Source: Nitrosopumilaceae archaeon (GTDB lineage Archaea; Thermoproteota; Nitrososphaeria; Nitrososphaerales; Nitrosopumilaceae). From it: 64,000 nucleotides of DNA. Location of the stretch: positions 1 to 64,000 of the forward strand of contig CBDBMG010000001.1 of NCBI GenBank assembly GCA_965207375.1, written 5' to 3'. Both the position numbers and the translations under genes were made by a program. Numbering within the stretch: position 1 is the first letter of the stretch; every line of letters starts with the position of its first letter. Below the pieces are notes generated by a model. It ran no database searches and was not told where the DNA came from. It saw nothing but the letters and a program-made list of their open reading frames with translations. Shown here in pieces: positions 38,766-51,136 of the stretch.

Positions 38766-39665
38766 CAGGGGCGGCTCCAGGATTTTTAAAGGGGGGTTTC
38801 GAGGCAATGGTTATATATAAAATATATTGCAATTATTCACATTATTATTTTAAATGAAGTGCATTGTAACCTACTGAAAGCTATAGATGCATGAATCTAC
38901 TCGCTGCTGTTCCTGCAGCTCAGCAATTGTATAGCTAGCGATATTTATGTATGCATGGTTAGTTATTTATACTAAAACCCTGTGTACTACATGATTCTTC
39001 TTTCCTGTTATCAAAAATCTTTCAGTGCCCCTCTGCAGAGAATTTATCACGTGAGCACTCACGTGAGCAAAAATTCAAATCACTGAGACTGAGTAGTGTA
39101 TTATCTTTGAAAAAGCTTGTTAATATTCATTATTTCATCCACCATAGTACCTTTAGTTTGAACCTGAGTTTGAGTTATTCTGCCCTATCATCATGTTGAT
39201 CAGTTCAAAACGGGTCACTGGCGAGCCGCATGTTTAAATTCCTGGGAGAAAAGGCGCACAACCTCCTCATGAGATCCCTCTTCAGTACATCATTCACCGC
39301 ATCGAATCAAATGCACGTTAATTAATCTCCTCATCTGTCATATTACGGTAGCCAGTGCTTGCATGGAAATAATTATCGAAATATTTTAGCGGCGCTTGTA
39401 TCGGGTATCCATCACAGTAGCTAGCTGATTCCAGGTCAGCAATTTAACTAATCTTTTAGTAATAAAGAATGCTCTATGAGCTAGTACATTGTTTTTATGT
39501 GAATCTCCAGGCATAATCAAGCCGGTTCTGGTGCTTTAAAGTACAACAAATTAATAATTATTTTAGCACCTATTAGAATAATTATTTGAAGCGCTTGTTT
39601 TAGAATAAGCACAATTTGGAAGGAGGGGTCTCCAGACCCCAAAGACCCCCTTGGATCCGCCCCTG
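38766..39665. mobile_element. hAT-like non-autonomous element (CAGGGGCGG termini)
   Basis: CAGGGGCGGCTCCAGG / CTTGGATCCGCCCCTG; possible 5-bp TSD GAACT/GAATT. Confidence 0.7.
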
Positions 39666-40738
39666 GAATTGCATAGCATATGTGAGAGCAACACTGATTG
39701 TCAGCCTTGTTTGAAATTTATAATTATGTTTTAATGTATAGAAGCCATTCATATCATTTTCATAAGTGAGTATACTAATGTAACACATAAAAATTCCTCC
39801 AAACTGTTTTTATTCAACCAATAAAGTTATGATACCTTGAACTTATCAGACAAAGAAATTAAATTAAAGACGATAGTATCATTACAATTGGAATTGCCAT
39901 ACAATGCTCTATCTAATTCCCACTCAAGTCACATTAATCACCTAAACTAAAGTATGCATGCAAGTACCACACTTAGTGCTTTTTATACATGCAGCTATCT
40001 AGCTAACAGTAGTCAAACATCATACCACTGTTACTGTTCATTACATAATTTTTGAGACCTATTACAATCAGGTGATACCTGTCTTTATCAGGTGGTCATA
40101 ATATAAGGGTTATTGATGAGGTGGGTCATTGTACACATATCCGGCTTAATTTTTTTCTCATTGAGTAGCTAGCTATAATTAATAGTCTGGTTTTTCTGGG
40201 CAGTGATGTTGCATTTCACTATCTCAGTAAAGTAATTCTTACTCTTTTAACAAGCAACCTAAGAAAGTAAGTAAGTCCTCAGACCCCGCCCTTAGTTTAA
40301 ACATCCTTTGAATTTTGTTCCATATGTGTAGAGCTTGTCTTTGCTCTTCGTACTTTAAGGTCACAGAGTTACCAAATAAAATATGATTAAGGTGCTTGAT
40401 TTATAAGCCTTCTATGACTGTTTTAAGTTACAGAAGATACTTCACATTTGTATTAAAAGAATAATATAAACTACCCAATAAGTTAACCACTTAGCTATAA
40501 GAGTTGACAGCTATAAGTGATGAAACTATAAGAACTATTTATCAAAAATCAGACTTTAAGGTATATTCAAAATGTTCAGGGAATGTAAACTAGTCCTTTT
40601 GAACATTTTTATAGCTTAACTTTTGATGCATTATCACTTTGTTTGTATACAGAAGTCATTATTACTTTATTAGACCCCCAAATTATTCTGAATTGAGAGA
40701 ATGGAAATACTACAAGCAAAATTGGTATAGATTACTTG

Positions 40739-41769
40739 TAGTTTTGTTTTAGTTAATCAAAACTAAAACTAAAAATAATTTTAGTAAAGCAGTTATATTT
40801 TAGTTAACTAAAACTAAAATTAATTGTGAGTTAGTACTAAAACTAATACTAAAGCTAAAATTAATTGTGAGTCAGTACTAAAACTAAAACTAAGTTAGAA
40901 TGTAAATTTTTACTAAAACTAAAACTAAAAGCATAACTAAAACTAAGGGTAATAGTACGTCTTCAAATGGCATATTTGGTGCAATATAACGCTGTTTAAA
41001 CCTGTTTTAAGCTAGGGATGCGCCTAATATGCTCAAAAATTTACCTATTATTCCTTCCAGAACTTCTCAAAATCTTTCCCTATTATTCTTTAAAATACCA
41101 CCTATTATTCCCAAATTATTCCCAAATTATTCTGCTCTGACAGTAAGAAAATAATAACTACAGCTAACTAACTATTGATTACACAGCTAGCTATAGAATT
41201 AAAGACCTTGCATAGAAAGTACCTTATAACATTGAGAAAGTCCACAAAGTGATTGCCGAGTTGGAGACGAAATATTTTCAATATGCGCTATAATCAATTG
41301 CGTGGGCGGACGATCGTTTAATAAATCTTATGCTCACTGAGGACCTATTATTCTAGAATAATTCTCGTATGAAATGGTACCTATTATTCCTCAAATTATT
41401 CCGGCATATTAGGCGCAAACCTGTTTTAAGCCTATTTTTAATCAATACTAAAACTAAAAATAATTTTAGTAAGACCTTTTTATTTTAGTTAGCTAACTAA
41501 AACTAAAACTAAAACTAAAATTAATCAGAAATATTACTAAAACTAAAACTAAAAGTATTTAGAAATATAACTAAAACTAAAACTACAACTAAAAATACTT
41601 CAGAAATCTAAACAACTAAAAATACTTCAGAAATCTAACTAAAACTAAAACTAAAACTAAAAATAATTCAGTAATCTTACTAAAACTAAAACTAAAACTA
41701 AAATTATTGAGCTAAGTTACTAAAACTAAAACTAAAACTAAATTACAAGCCCTTACTAAAACAACACTA
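40739..41769. mobile_element. hAT-like MITE rich in AAACTA repeats
   Basis: TAGTTTTGTTTTAGT / ACTAAAACAACACTA termini; 8-bp TSD ATTACTTG. Confidence 0.85.
41013..41423. mobile_element. hAT-like MITE nested in 40739-41769
   Basis: TAGGGATGCGCCTAATATGC / GCATATTAGGCGCAAACCTG; 8-bp TSD TTTTAAGC. Confidence 0.8.
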
Positions 41770-41981
41770 ATTACTTGACAGTATTTTTGATGAATAGTGT
41801 GCCTGTACGTACACGCCAACTAGCTGCATGTATCGGAATGCATCAAAAACCCTTAAAGTGACGAGGTAATATGACTAACATGCAGCCCATGTATTTCTGT
41901 AAAACACACAATCATTACGTAACAGTTGGATTAATAACTACCCGTTCCAGGTTTTGTTTAGCAAGAGTTTATAAACTCCTA

Positions 41982-42580
41982 TTATGACTGCTGTCACTAT
42001 GGCTACTGTCACTATGACTACTGTGATTATCACTATTGTTACTATGACTACTGTGACTATATGACTACTATGACTATGATTACTGTGACTATGACTACTG
42101 TTACAATGACTACTGTGACTATCACTATTGTTACTATGACTACTGTGACTATGACTACTATGACTATGACTACTGTTACAATGACTACTGTTACTATGAC
42201 TACTGTGACTATCACTATTGTTACTATGACTACTATGACTATGACTACTATGACTACTGTTACTATGACTACTATGACTATGACTACTATGACTACTGTT
42301 ACTATGACTACTATGACTACTGTTACTATGACTACTGTTACTATGACTATTGTGACTGTGACTACTGTCACTATGATTACTGTGACTGTGACTATTGTCA
42401 CTATGACTACTGTTATTATGATAACTGTGACTGTGACTATTGTGACTGTGACTACTGTTACTATGACTATTGTGACTGTGAGTACTGTCACTATAACTAT
42501 TGTGACTGTGACTACTGTTACTATGACTACTTTGACTGTGACTACTGTCATTATGACTACTGTCACTATGACTATTGTGA
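41982..42580. repeat. Triplet-based compound microsatellite (ACT/ATG/GTG/GTT)
   Basis: Directly visible; ends just upstream of the Ig4 acceptor. Confidence 0.92.
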
Positions 42581-42597
42581 ATTTGTGTTGTTTGCAG

Positions 42598-42936
42598 AGC
42601 CACCACAAATTCTACCTATTCCTTTCCCAACTCCTCCACCTGGTGAAATGACAGTCAGTATTGGTCAACCTATGAATACTACTATTACACCTGGCACAGA
42701 TGTTACTATTTACTGTCCATCCAGTGGTATTGATACTCCTAGTATTGAATGGTTTAGAAATGGTGTAATGGTTGTGGCTGGTGGTCGGTTTACAATCTCT
42801 ACAACAACATTACCTGGAGCAGTCATTACTAGTGTTTTAAGAATTGATGATTTTCAGGCATCAGATGCTGGTACTTATACCTGTACTTCTACCAATATAG
42901 TGGGTTCAGATGATGGAGGTACTACGTTGCTAGGAG
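42598..42936 (+). CDS. Gene 1 Ig domain exon 4 (I-set-like)
   Basis: VTIYCPSSGIDTPSIEWFRNG..SVLRIDDFQASDAGTYTCTSTNIVG; phase 1-1. Confidence 0.92.
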
Positions 42937-43322
42937 GTTAGTTGTTACAGGCCACATATTTTATTTCATTATTATGTCAAATTTGTTGTAACACCTTCAC
43001 ACAATTACATCAAAGGATACAGGTGTGGATATCAGCACACTTGGCTGTGGCATAACCAGGACATCAAAGTATATAAGTGTGGCATAACCTGATGTCACCT
43101 ATTTGAAGTGTTCAACATCTTTAACTTGGTCTTTATATAGTCACACCAATGCAATATCAATTGTGGTTTTTAGTTTTTTAAGCTGTTTGCTCAATACAGT
43201 TTTGTTTTTAGTCTAAAAATGTTTCTAAAAACTATCTGTTATCTATTTCAAGTTTATAAGCCGAAGTATAACTAAGCGCCATTTGAGGTGAGTTGCTCAC
43301 GTGACAAAAATAATCTATTTAC

Positions 43323-43706
43323 TGTGGGTCTCTATTTTATCATTGTCATGACGTTCTTGCATGATAGTGGCAGTGATTGTGGGTTTACCACAACTTTTTA
43401 TAAAGCTGCAAGACTTATAATGGGCTTAATATAATGGTGAGTATTGTAACTAAAGTAGATTAATATACATACAGTCATGACTGTATGTATATTAATCTAC
43501 TTTAGTTTTGTAACTAAAGTAGATTAATCTACTTTAGTTTTGTAACTAAAGTAGATTAATATACATACAGTCATGACTGTATGTATATTAATCTACTTTA
43601 GTTACAATACTCACCATTATAATTATAAAGCCCATTATAAATAAACCCACAATCACTGCCACTACCATGCAAGAACGTCATGACAATGATAAAATAGAGA
43701 CCCACA
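43323..43706. repeat. Nested palindrome
   Basis: Outer inverted arms enclose two perfect loop-less ~60-bp palindromes and a central 28-bp one. Confidence 0.9.
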
Positions 43707-43867
43707 TGTACAATGAGTACTCATTACTATATAAAGAGGCTGAGAGTTTAGCATCAAGGCCATCCAATTGGTAATGATGTGTGATATTGAGTTTTTATAG
43801 ACTATACAATATCAATTATAATAATTCCTTTACAGGTTCAATATCGATACAATAATAAATATCTGCT

Positions 43868-44747
43868 CAGGGGCGTGCCGAGGGGGGTTTCCAGGGGTTT
43901 CAGGAAACCCCTATGGATTTCACCAAGTACTAGAAAATTATTTAATAAGTAGACTTCAGTTTATGATTCAATACAAATCATCATTATAAATATAGCAACA
44001 TTTACTATTATAACTTACAGCTTGTAGGCCTTCATCTAACTGAGGCACACATAAGCCTTCCCTTCAATGTTATAAGGTGAGCTCTAATTAGAATCGCGCA
44101 CGTGCAGGTTGTACTATTTGAGATGAAAACGCAGGCAGACTTTATTTGGCTGTAACTTTATCAGGGATAAATACAGGTAATTACTTTAATACTACCTAGT
44201 GGTATAGAAACTATATAATAGTAATTATTTTCATAGTCTAAGGTTAATTATACTATACCTCTACATACAACTGTGGCAGTATTAATATACTTGGAATTTC
44301 CTTACGTACTACGCGCTAGGTGTCTTTCTAGGGGTTTCTTTCAATATTTCTTATAAGCATCTTGTAGTTGTAAATAAACTGGATTGTTAAGAATTTGCAT
44401 TACTAGCTGTAATCCCTGCATATACGTACTTCCAAATGTCCAATGATAACCCTAAATCATAATATATTTTCAGTAAAATTGATAGCCCTTTGCAAGCCCT
44501 TTAGTTTAACTCCTTAGATATGTTTAGTCATAGCCATAGCTGTTTACTGTACTTCATATACCTATAGCTAAAATAAATGCTACTTAAAAAGAAACAACTG
44601 TGTAAATTTTACTGTTAAAATTTACTACAAGATCAAAATGCAATTATATAAAGTTCGTCAGCGGCTGGGGGCTGCGCCCCCAGACCCCCGCGTCTTGGAT
44701 CTACAACCAGTGGAAACCCCTTTCAAAAAATCCTGGGTACGCCCCTG
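43868..44747. mobile_element. hAT-like element (CAGGGGCGT termini)
   Basis: CAGGGGCGTGCC / GGTACGCCCCTG; 6-bp TSD TCTGCT. Confidence 0.8.
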
Positions 44748-44799
44748 TCTGCTATATGTACCAAGTACCCACTGCCAAGTAAATGATTAGTTGCTCTAA

Positions 44800-44878
44800 G
44801 AGTTTGCTACTGCAGGTTTTTATAAATGCTTGCTAAATAATTTAGCAAGCATTTATAAAAACCTGCAGTAGCAAACTC
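44800..44878. repeat. Perfect hairpin, 38-bp arms and 3-nt loop
   Basis: GAGTTTGCTACTGCAGGTTTTTATAAATGCTTGCTAAA-TAA-reverse complement. Confidence 0.92.
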
Positions 44879-45372
44879 ATCGAAGGTATGATATTTGAGC
44901 AACTTTACATGCAAAAATCTTTAAACGATAAATTGTTTATGTAAGGTAAAAAATCAATAATGACATTGATACGGTATCATCGATTATTGCAATATGGATA
45001 AAATATATTGCACATCATTACCAATTGGTGTCCTCTATAGGAACCATTTTTTTAATTGTGACATCACAGGTCGGCAAGATGCCCTCCAGAAAAGCAGACC
45101 GATTCATATTGGACAATAGAGACCGAGGGGTCCTTCGTTCTTTGAAATGTCATTGATCAACTCTAAAATTTATTTGAAATGTTTTGAAATTCTGAAATTC
45201 GAAATCTTATTAAACCAGGCGCGCGCCGGCCTGCCGAGCCTGGTTTCTTAAAATCACTTCAGTGCGGATGTCTGTGTGTGTCCGCCCCCCGGGCTATTAA
45301 AAACTATTCACGTGAAATAAAGTCTGAATAACCTATCAAACAAGTCCTACTGCCTTTCACTCTGTACGGCAC

Positions 45373-46716
45373 TAGTCTCGCGTAGCCAGACCCTTGTAAT
45401 AGAATAAGGGTCTGATGACTCTGGTATACGGCACCTGTGCAAATGGATGCAATTATTCATATAAATAACGTAACTTTGCGCGAGACATTATTAAACATGG
45501 CTTCTATTTACTGTGGTAGTACGGCCGATGATGTTCCTTTGTTCTGCGTAGATGTAGAACGCGTAAAACATCTTGTTCTAGGAGAAACACTAGTCACCAC
45601 AGGCAGATTTTGAGTCGGTAATGATAGACGAAATTGAACTACTCTACTCTCTTGTCTGGCTTTAGGCAAGAAATCTAGCCACTTTATAACCAGCGCGCTC
45701 CACATCTTCATCTGCCGCTGCCATTATTACATGGAGTGTGACATAATTTACGCGGTTTTCGTCATAATAATTCAATTTAAACAAATACTGCGATTTGATT
45801 GGTACTGCCACTGGGAAGTGATAAAACCTGGACTGGACTCTGGACTGGATTCTGGACTGGATTCCGTGCTGTAAATGTGATGTTTGCTTGATTTCTGATT
45901 TCTAGCCAGTAATTTCTGGCAGAGTGTACGAGATTTCAGTTAGTGTCCGACCCCTCGTTGCACCCGTAATATAGCTAGGCATGCTGCGTTGGGAGAATCT
46001 TTCTGCATGTGTAATGAAGCCTTCAGAGTCGAGATGATGAGTGCCTCATGACGGCATCCGATTGACAAGCGCTTGGTTTCTTGTGAGTACTGAAGTTGCA
46101 AAAGATGGGACCTAGAGGGGTGGCTATAGAGCACCTCAACTTTTTAGCTTTCCACCTGGTATATATAGGGCCTAGGTAATGACATAGCTACTATTTATAA
46201 CATAAAAATCAAAATAGACTTTTTGTTAAGGTCCATGCATGCAGAGCAAACTCGAGGGGAGGGGCTGCTTGCAGTAATTGGGTGGTCTATTCTATAGATG
46301 CTCTGTCCCTCTACTTTTAACTCTATAGCCCCACCCCTCCAGTCTCCACCTTCTGCAACTTACGCACAAAACTAACTACGCCAGACTTTCCGGGCAAGCG
46401 TACGTATGCTTGTAGCTACGTATGTCAATCAGATTGTGAGGCACTCATCATCTCCAAAGGCCTCCTTGCCCCTAATCTATGAGGTATGTTCAACCAACAT
46501 ACCTAGCTATAGCTAGACCTATTAGGTACAAAAATCATATTTACAACACGGAGTCCAGAATCCAGTCCAGAATCCAGTCCAGAGTCCAGTCCAGGTTTTA
46601 TCACTTCCCACTGCCACTATAGTGGCAGTAAACACAAGTAGTACTAGCTAGAGTCGCCAGACCCTTGTATCAGCGCGCGGCGCGATCTATTACAAGGGTC
46701 TGGCTACGCGAGACTA
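45373..46716. mobile_element. AcademH-like non-autonomous element
   Basis: Perfect TIR TAGTCTCGCGTAGCCAGACCCTTGTAATAGA; 9-bp TSD GTACGGCAC. Confidence 0.85.
45813..46609. mobile_element. MULE-like MITE, innermost of the nest
   Basis: TIR GGGAAGTGATAAAACCTGGACTGGACTCTGGACTGGATTCTGGACTGGA; 9-bp TSD ACTGCCACT. Confidence 0.88.
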
Positions 46717-47704
46717 GTACGGCACTTGCTATCGATACTGTTGATGGACGGGGCCTTAGTTACGAAGCGCGTCGTGTGTTACTGCCAAAGAAGAGCAAGG
46801 TAACGCTGTATTTGCCGTTCATTACACGGTAAAAGCCGTTTAACCAGTTGTACATTACTAACAAGACGGAACTCTTCAGTTTTAAAAGTGGGCGTGTCGT
46901 GCGGGTTGCGAAGCTTATAAAAGAAGACTGGCCTATAGTGCTACAGTAAGAATTTCAGCATAAAACAACTTTATACTACTTTCAAAAAGTTTTATCACTA
47001 AAGTACTGGAGTACAAAGCGGGTTTAAACAGAAGAATTAAATTCGCATGCGTTGCTATGTGTTCCTTAGTGATGAGTCTCTGCTCACGTGACTTATTGGT
47101 GACGTCATTAAGAAACTATTATAATACATTGAATAACAGTAGATTAACAGTGGTTTAACTTGCACACAGTACCTGGTTTTTAGATGGTAATACGTCAACT
47201 TGTTTTTGATTATGTTTGGATATTGGAAGTCATTGTGTTTGGGAAATTTAAAATTCAACCTAAATAGTAGCAAATTTTAAATGTTGTTGACAAATTTGAG
47301 GAGTGAAGGACCCCGGTAGAGACACTGTGCATGGGGTTGAGTTTCTCAAAGTTGGGGGCTCTTCCCCTCCAGCTCCCCAGTCCCCATTCCGCTGCCACCA
47401 ATAATAAGAGTTAAAGAAAGTTTAAATACATAGTTTCTAAGATCAAAATTTATCCATTAAATTCCAAAAAGAGTTATAGCCATACAGCCCAATAATTTTA
47501 ATGGCTCGTGTAATCATCTTTAGCTAACTACATGGCTACCTATCAATTAATTGCACTACTATATTAAAAAGACACAGCTACTAACTGCATAAGTAGCTAT
47601 ACAGCTAGCTATTATGAAATTGTCAGTGAAATATTTATAGTGTATAACTATAACTACGTAGGTAATGTAAATGTTGTTAGTAACAGAAATTTTAATTGAT
47701 ATAG

Positions 47705-48032
47705 CAACAGCTCCACCAGTTATTGTTGAGGGACAATGCATACCACAACCAGAAGTTATTCCTAATAATGATGTAACAGTGATGATAGGATCTCCTGCAT
47801 ACATTGCTGATGGATATGATCTCACTATTACTTGTAATATTATTAATGGAATACCTCCAATAAATATTAGTTGGTATCGTAATGGAGTAGTTGATTCATC
47901 CAGAGGAAGCACATCAACTATCACAATATCAAGTGTGGACATTAATAAAGATAATGGTGTAGTCTATAGCTACCTGTAGAGCTGAAAATGATAACGGATA
48001 TGATGAGCAGCTCACTAGTGTTAATGTGTTTG
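47705..48032 (+). pseudogene. Gene 1 Ig domain exon 5, broken by a 4-bp insertion
   Basis: Paralog of Ig3. Removing 4 nt from TAGCTA (47967-47972) restores VYTCRAENDNGYDEQLTSVNVFG|GTAAGT. Confidence 0.85.
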
Positions 48033-48224
48033 GTAAGTTAACAAATGTATATGGAGAGAGGAGTTGTATTGTTGTATGTCAAAATTAATAATCATATTAG
48101 AAGATGAGAGGTGATAGTAGCTACTGTCACTGCTGAAATCACCACTCATGTCACAACGATACATGGTGAATAATCAACAAAACTGAAGTTTGTGCAGAGG
48201 CACTGTGCCTTGTTATATACAGTA

Positions 48225-49120
48225 CAGTCCAACTACAACTCCACATTATCATGCGTTATTACACGTGTTCACACGTGGCTACACGGAAAGAGCTGTCATG
48301 TCCCACGGCCATGTCTAACATTGTCACACATGTCCATGCATGGAAATTAACGGTTACACGGCTATAAGAGCTGCCGTGGCTGTGTGTCCTACTCAACTTC
48401 ATGTGGAGGACATTCATAGCTGTTAATATTGAAATATAATTGGTATGCCTCATCATGGTTCTTTAGTTCCAGCAACATTGCAACGGCCACAACTATGTCG
48501 TGGAGGACAGTTCGGAACGAAGCACTTCATTTTGTTTGTAATATTACTACCAGATTAACTAAGCAAGTAAGGAGGCCTTCAAATCATCAGTTTTCTTGTA
48601 CCTCAGTCGAGACAAAACTTTGACACGTGAGCCAAACAGTTTTCACCTCGTGTTTTTTTCTTGATGATCAGGTGAAGGCCAAGGTGTTAGAAATCAAATA
48701 TCTCCTCGAAACTTTTGTTTAAGTAAGTTAGCTATGTTTTATGTATTGTAGTAGTTAGGTGGCGATGGAAAGGTTTCCCAGTATAGCTAGCGCACCAAGT
48801 ATTTTATTTCAAATTTCAATTGATAACAGTTTGCAAAAGCAGCCTGTAAGGAAATAATGTGTCTTAACATCAATAAGTTATATGAAGTTCTTAGTTTATA
48901 ACCTTAATCTATGTAGCTAATATGCGGAAGATATCCGTTGATTCACACGCTGGGAATACTAGCCCACTCATGAAACAGACCCATGTAGAAATCACGCATG
49001 TTTTGTAAGTCGTCTAAATAATTATGTAGATTCACGTGTGATTATTTTTCTCTTCCACGCTGAAACACGCGGGGTATCACGTGTCAGATATCACGCATAT
49101 GTTAAGTTGTAGTTGGGCTG
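48225..49120. mobile_element. TIR element with TA flanks
   Basis: TA|CAGTCCAACTACAACT ... AGTTGTAGTTGGGCTG|TA. Confidence 0.7.
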
Positions 49121-49567
49121 TACATAGCTAGCTAAATCATGAAAGGTTTCCATATTTTGCAGACTGCATAGCTATGTATTGTAGCTAGACTGGCTACACA
49201 GCATTTATTTCACTATTATCGTTTATTAATAGGCAACTGTTTTTGATACAGCTATAGCTGCAATACCTGTAGGTACGTACCTTAGTTGCTATACTGAGGT
49301 AGCTACGTATGTGCATGGTGGTTAAAATAGTATATGTTTTCATGATCACTACGCTATGACCAAAGGTACGTAGATGCATGCAGTGTTGGTGAATACTATG
49401 GATGGCATATAGCTAGTACGTAGCTATAATGCAAACATCAACATCAATATTGTAATCACATTAGCTGATGGTATAAAATATGCATGCACATACTACAATT
49501 AGCCATAGCTTATAGCTAGCTTGCTATGTAACATCCTGTCAACTAGTTATGTTTGTTATTGTTCTAG

Positions 49568-49622
49568 CTCCATTATGTTCTCATGGAATTTGTAGATCTA
49601 GAAGAAATATCTTGTGCATAAT
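49568..49622 (+). CDS. Gene 1 small Cys-rich exon
   Basis: TTCTAG|(A)PLCSHGICRSRRNILCI+AT|GTAAGT; phase 1 to 2 links Ig5 to the next exon. Confidence 0.65.
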
Positions 49623-49965
49623 GTAAGTTGCTCTATAGTTAGCTACGTACATATGTAGATAATAATGAGGGGCCCCGACTCTTGTACGAGATTTCAAATC
49701 TTGATTTTGAGCAAGATTTCAAGATTTCTGCAAAGATGTCTGCAAGATTTAAATTGTATTTACTATTTTTCTATGTATTTACTTATAATTTTGAATTAGC
49801 TATGACAGAAAGTAAGCTCATGCACTTGTGTAGCTATATCTAGAAACATTCGGTTTTAGCTATAAGATTCAGATTTCAAGATTTCTAAAAGCCTATATGA
49901 GATTTCAGTGGAGTTGGTGTATGTATGTATGTATGTATATGTATAGCTATGTATGTACCCCATAG

Positions 49966-50143
49966 CCCTGATTCTATGTGCTTGTGTAAACCTCAACTGG
50001 GATATTGCTCTGCTGCATATTACTCTACTGAAACACGACCACTCCCAAAAGCATGTAAAAGATGCAGAATTCCTACTGACTTGGATTGTATAAAGATGTG
50101 GTCTCAATGTGTTAAGAAACAAGATGAAGATGCTCATGGCCGA
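49966..50143 (+). CDS. Gene 1 Cys-rich exon
   Basis: PDSMCLCKPQLGYCSAAYYSTETRPLPKACKRCRIPTDLDCIKMWSQCVKKQDEDAHGR|GTAAGT; phase 2 to 0. Confidence 0.7.
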
Positions 50144-50804
50144 GTAAGTCCTATAATTAACTGTATAATAATATTATGTTATTGTTCAATATCACATTAG
50201 TGACCTGTCACCAGCTAGCTAGTATACATTCAAGAATAGCCACAGCTATCTTAGTTTGCCAAATCAGAATGTAAAATAGATCAGAGATTCGGCTTGTATG
50301 TTAGCTAAGGTGGCTAGGCTTAAAGATGATTATGTGTCTAAGTATGAAATTAATCAAGTCATATTGATAATATTTTGATAGTCAGCATTGCAAGATGTGG
50401 CTACAAGAATAAAATTGCATATCATAGGAATTGTTTAATTTTTAACTATAGAAACATACAGCTAGCTATATGCACATGTATAACTACGTATTCAGTTGAA
50501 ATACTTGTAGTCACTGACATTGCAGTATAATGTGACTCACCTACCTAATTCATAAAGAGCTAGCTAGCTACATAAGAAAATACTCACAAAGATTTGTACC
50601 TATAAAATTAGCAGATAGCTAGCTATCTGAATTAGGCATTGTTACCTTACAAGCTAAGTATACATGTTGAGGGATATTAGCTACTTGCAATAGAAAAGCC
50701 TACAGTATTAATTCCTTCCTAGTTTGTTGACACTTAAAATTATAGTTTCTTGTCAGGTATAACTAAACATTGTAGCTATAGTTACTTACAAGAAGCATTA
50801 ATGT

Positions 50805-50980
50805 CCTAAACAAAACCAGCTGGTTGTAAAAAAATGTGAGGATATAGCTAAAGGTGACCAAGTGACAAAGCAAATCAATAAAAGCATTTTTAATTGGTTG
50901 CTTATAGCTATAACCATATAGCTACAATGCCGCTTATGATTGGTCTAACTTCTTTTACAGCCAGGCCGTTTTTGTTTAGG
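50805..50980. mobile_element. Solo, internally deleted family A hairpin
   Basis: CCTAAACAAAACCAGCTGGTTGTAAAA / TTTTACAGCCAGGCCGTTTTTGTTTAGG. Confidence 0.7.
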
Positions 50981-51043
50981 TTATATACATTATATAGGTT
51001 ATACATACATGCATACATTATTACTGTCTGTTGTCACTTGTAG

Positions 51044-51100
51044 CCTACACGACGTATGAGGACTACTACTAACTTCAAAATCTACATGCATCCTTGCTGA
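51044..51100 (+). CDS. Gene 1 putative last exon
   Basis: TTGTAG|PTRRMRTTTNFKIYMHPC*; phase 0; AATAAA at 51131. Confidence 0.55.
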   Translation, partial: PTRRMRTTTNFKIYMHPC

Positions 51101-51130
51101 CAAGTGAAGTCACAACAAAAAACTGGATTG

Positions 51131-51136
51131 AATAAA
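51131..51136 (+). terminator. Putative polyadenylation signal
   Basis: AATAAA 30 nt after the predicted stop. Confidence 0.4.

Larger units (their letters stand above)
43772..45020. mobile_element. hAT-like MITE with a nested element
   Basis: TAATGATGTG / CACATCATTA termini; 8-bp TSD CCAATTGG. Confidence 0.75.
45210..47204 (+). mobile_element. HINE/Helentron-like family C copy, interrupted
   Basis: AAACCAGG..CCTGGTTT 5' hairpin, TG tract, 3' CCTGGTTTT plus short stem-loop; colinear with 9082-9617 once 45373-46725 is removed. Confidence 0.72.
45124..47315. mobile_element. CGAGGGGTC-family MITE, outermost of a four-level nest
   Basis: GGGGTCCTTC / GAAGGACCCC; TSD ATAGAGAC/GTAGAGAC. Confidence 0.65.

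Noticed and set aside
41938-42651. His/Ser-rich and Thr/Met-rich ORFs
   Set aside because: A triplet microsatellite open on both strands; the Thr-rich frame is out of frame with the adjacent Ig exon.
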